DNA of 63,188 nt, the filler included, from Octopus bimaculoides (Eukaryota): the NCBI RefSeq assembly GCF_001194135.2. It is 6 parts of 6 records of this genome, joined end to end, with 100 filler letters (N's around TTAATTAATTAA, not from the genome) between each part and the next. Parts side by side here need not be neighbours in the genome. Positions count along the whole stretch, not along the records: positions 58,688 to 63,188 come from NC_068987.1; 5 more parts are not named here. One strand, given 5' to 3'. The notes under the pieces were generated by a model. That model was given only the letters and a program-made list of their open reading frames with translations, searched no databases and was not told where the DNA came from. The position numbers and the translations under genes were made by a program. Shown here in pieces: positions 61,290 to 63,188 of the stretch. The first letter of the stretch is position 1; the number at the start of each line of letters is the position of its first letter.

Positions 61290-61624
61290 ATTATTATTAT
61301 TCAGTAGTTTTATTTTTATAACGTGCTTTCACTTCACTACCGAGCGCAGCTCTGTGCGCCTTGGGTATGTGCTGTGGTTTGCTGTGGTGCTCTTATGTTT
61401 ACTGTATTGAAAGTGTTTTGCGTAGAATGTGTACAGTGCCCAGTAGTGCAATTTTCTGTGTTATATATATTTGTAAGTCCTGCTATTTTTGTTATGTATT
61501 TGTCTGAATGTTTTTTTATTATACCTAAGGCACCTACTATGATAGGAATTGTTTGTGTTTTTAGATTCCACATTCGAGTTATCTCTATTTCCAGGTCTTT
61601 GTATTTTGAAAGTTTTTCCATTTC
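61290..61624 (-). mobile_element. R4/Dong-clade non-LTR retrotransposon 3' end with (TAA)n tail
   Basis: EKLSKYKDLEIEITRMWNLKTQTIPIIVGALG then, after a frameshift, QKIALLGTAHILRKTLS-like sequence. The 3'UTR ends in a (TAA)n run and the 5' part runs into a gap. Confidence 0.85.
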
Positions 61625-62321
61625 NNNNNNNNNNNNNNNNNNNNNNNNNNNNNNNNNNNNNNNNNNNNNNNNNNNNNNNNNNNNNNNNNNNNNNNNNNNN
61701 NNNNNNNNNNNNNNNNNNNNNNNNNNNNNNNNNNNNNNNNNNNNNNNNNNNNNNNNNNNNNNNNNNNNNNNNNNNNNNNNNNNNNNNNNNNNNNNNNNNN
61801 NNNNNNNNNNNNNNNNNNNNNNNNNNNNNNNNNNNNNNNNNNNNNNNNNNNNNNNNNNNNNNNNNNNNNNNNNNNNNNNNNNNNNNNNNNNNNNNNNNNN
61901 NNNNNNNNNNNNNNNNNNNNNNNNNNNNNNNNNNNNNNNNNNNNNNNNNNNNNNNNNNNNNNNNNNNNNNNNNNNNNNNNNNNNNNNNNNNNNNNNNNNN
62001 NNNNNNNNNNNNNNNNNNNNNNNNNNNNNNNNNNNNNNNNNNNNNNNNNNNNNNNNNNNNNNNNNNNNNNNNNNNNNNNNNNNNNNNNNNNNNNNNNNNN
62101 NNNNNNNNNNNNNNNNNNNNNNNNNNNNNNNNNNNNNNNNNNNNNNNNNNNNNNNNNNNNNNNNNNNNNNNNNNNNNNNNNNNNNNNNNNNNNNNNNNNN
62201 NNNNNNNNNNNNNNNNNNNNNNNNNNNNNNNNNNNNNNNNNNNNNNNNNNNNNNNNNNNNNNNNNNNNNNNNNNNNNNNNNNNNNNNNNNNNNNNNNNNN
62301 NNNNNNNNNNNNNNNNNNNNN

Positions 62322-62341
62322 ATTATTATTATTATTATTAC

Positions 62342-62440
<99 letters not shown>

Positions 62441-62451
62441 TATTATTATTA

Positions 62452-62485
<34 letters not shown>

Positions 62486-62530
62486 CATTATTGTGGTCGT
62501 CGTTGTTGTTGTTGTTACTGTTGTTGCTGT
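62322..62530. repeat. (ATT)n then (GTT)n microsatellite
   Basis: Read directly from the sequence. Confidence 0.95.
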
Positions 62531-62640
62531 CGTTCTTGATGTTGCTGTGTTAGTTGTTATTACTCGACAGACTCATATTTCGTGTCCTAATTTCCTGTTT
62601 ATATCATGACGACTAAATATGTATACACACACACATACAG

Positions 62641-62700
<60 letters not shown>

Positions 62701-62849
62701 ATATATACAATACATATGTATATATGTGTGTATGTATGAATGTATGTGTACGTATCTGTATGCGTGCATATATGTGTATGTAAATATGAGTGTGTATGTA
62801 GGTTTATAGTCAAACTTACAGACAACTATTCAGAAAGACTGAGTGACAA

Positions 62850-62915
<66 letters not shown>

Positions 62916-63188
62916 TTACATATGTATATATAGAGAAAGACAGAGAGAAACATGCATATATATATAAATACATACGTACATATATAAATGCATACATATA
63001 TTCATACGTAGGCACATACATACAAACATACATACATACGCACACATATACATACACACACATACGCACATACGTGTGTATGTGTACATACATACACACA
63101 TATATACATACTTACATACGCACATACATTCATACGTACATACATGCATATGCAAACAGATATATAAAATATACACATACATACATAC

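Overview
This is AT-rich, microsatellite-dense eukaryotic draft sequence with about 21 N-gaps. The SINE repertoire and repeat style point to a cephalopod, most likely Octopus (inference). It is almost all intronic or intergenic. The only convincing host-gene sequence is one 131-bp spliced coding exon (57227-57357, +) of a YJR142W/NUDT20-like (DUF4743) Nudix hydrolase. The rest is mobile DNA: at least five tRNA-derived or RTE-tailed SINE families in dozens of copies; 3' fragments of several non-LTR clades (R4/Dong-like, CRE-like, a (CATA)n-associated RLE family, RTE); a Ty3/gypsy pol fragment; and mariner fragments and MITEs. The most interesting part is 16-26 kb, with three elements. (1) A non-coding ~550-bp tandem repeat carries a type I hammerhead ribozyme on the minus strand, with one apparently intact copy at 23165-23230; it is a retrozyme/Penelope-like candidate. 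(2) A THAP-encoding, ISL2EU-like DNA element has TIRs and an AT target duplication. (3) Nested inside it is a 271-bp palindromic MITE with inward-facing telomeric repeats and a perfect 8-bp TSD. Nearly all ORFs in the supplied track are microsatellite, SINE or N-gap artefacts. Family names are recalled from motif knowledge, not from database searches, and most repeat boundaries are approximate.
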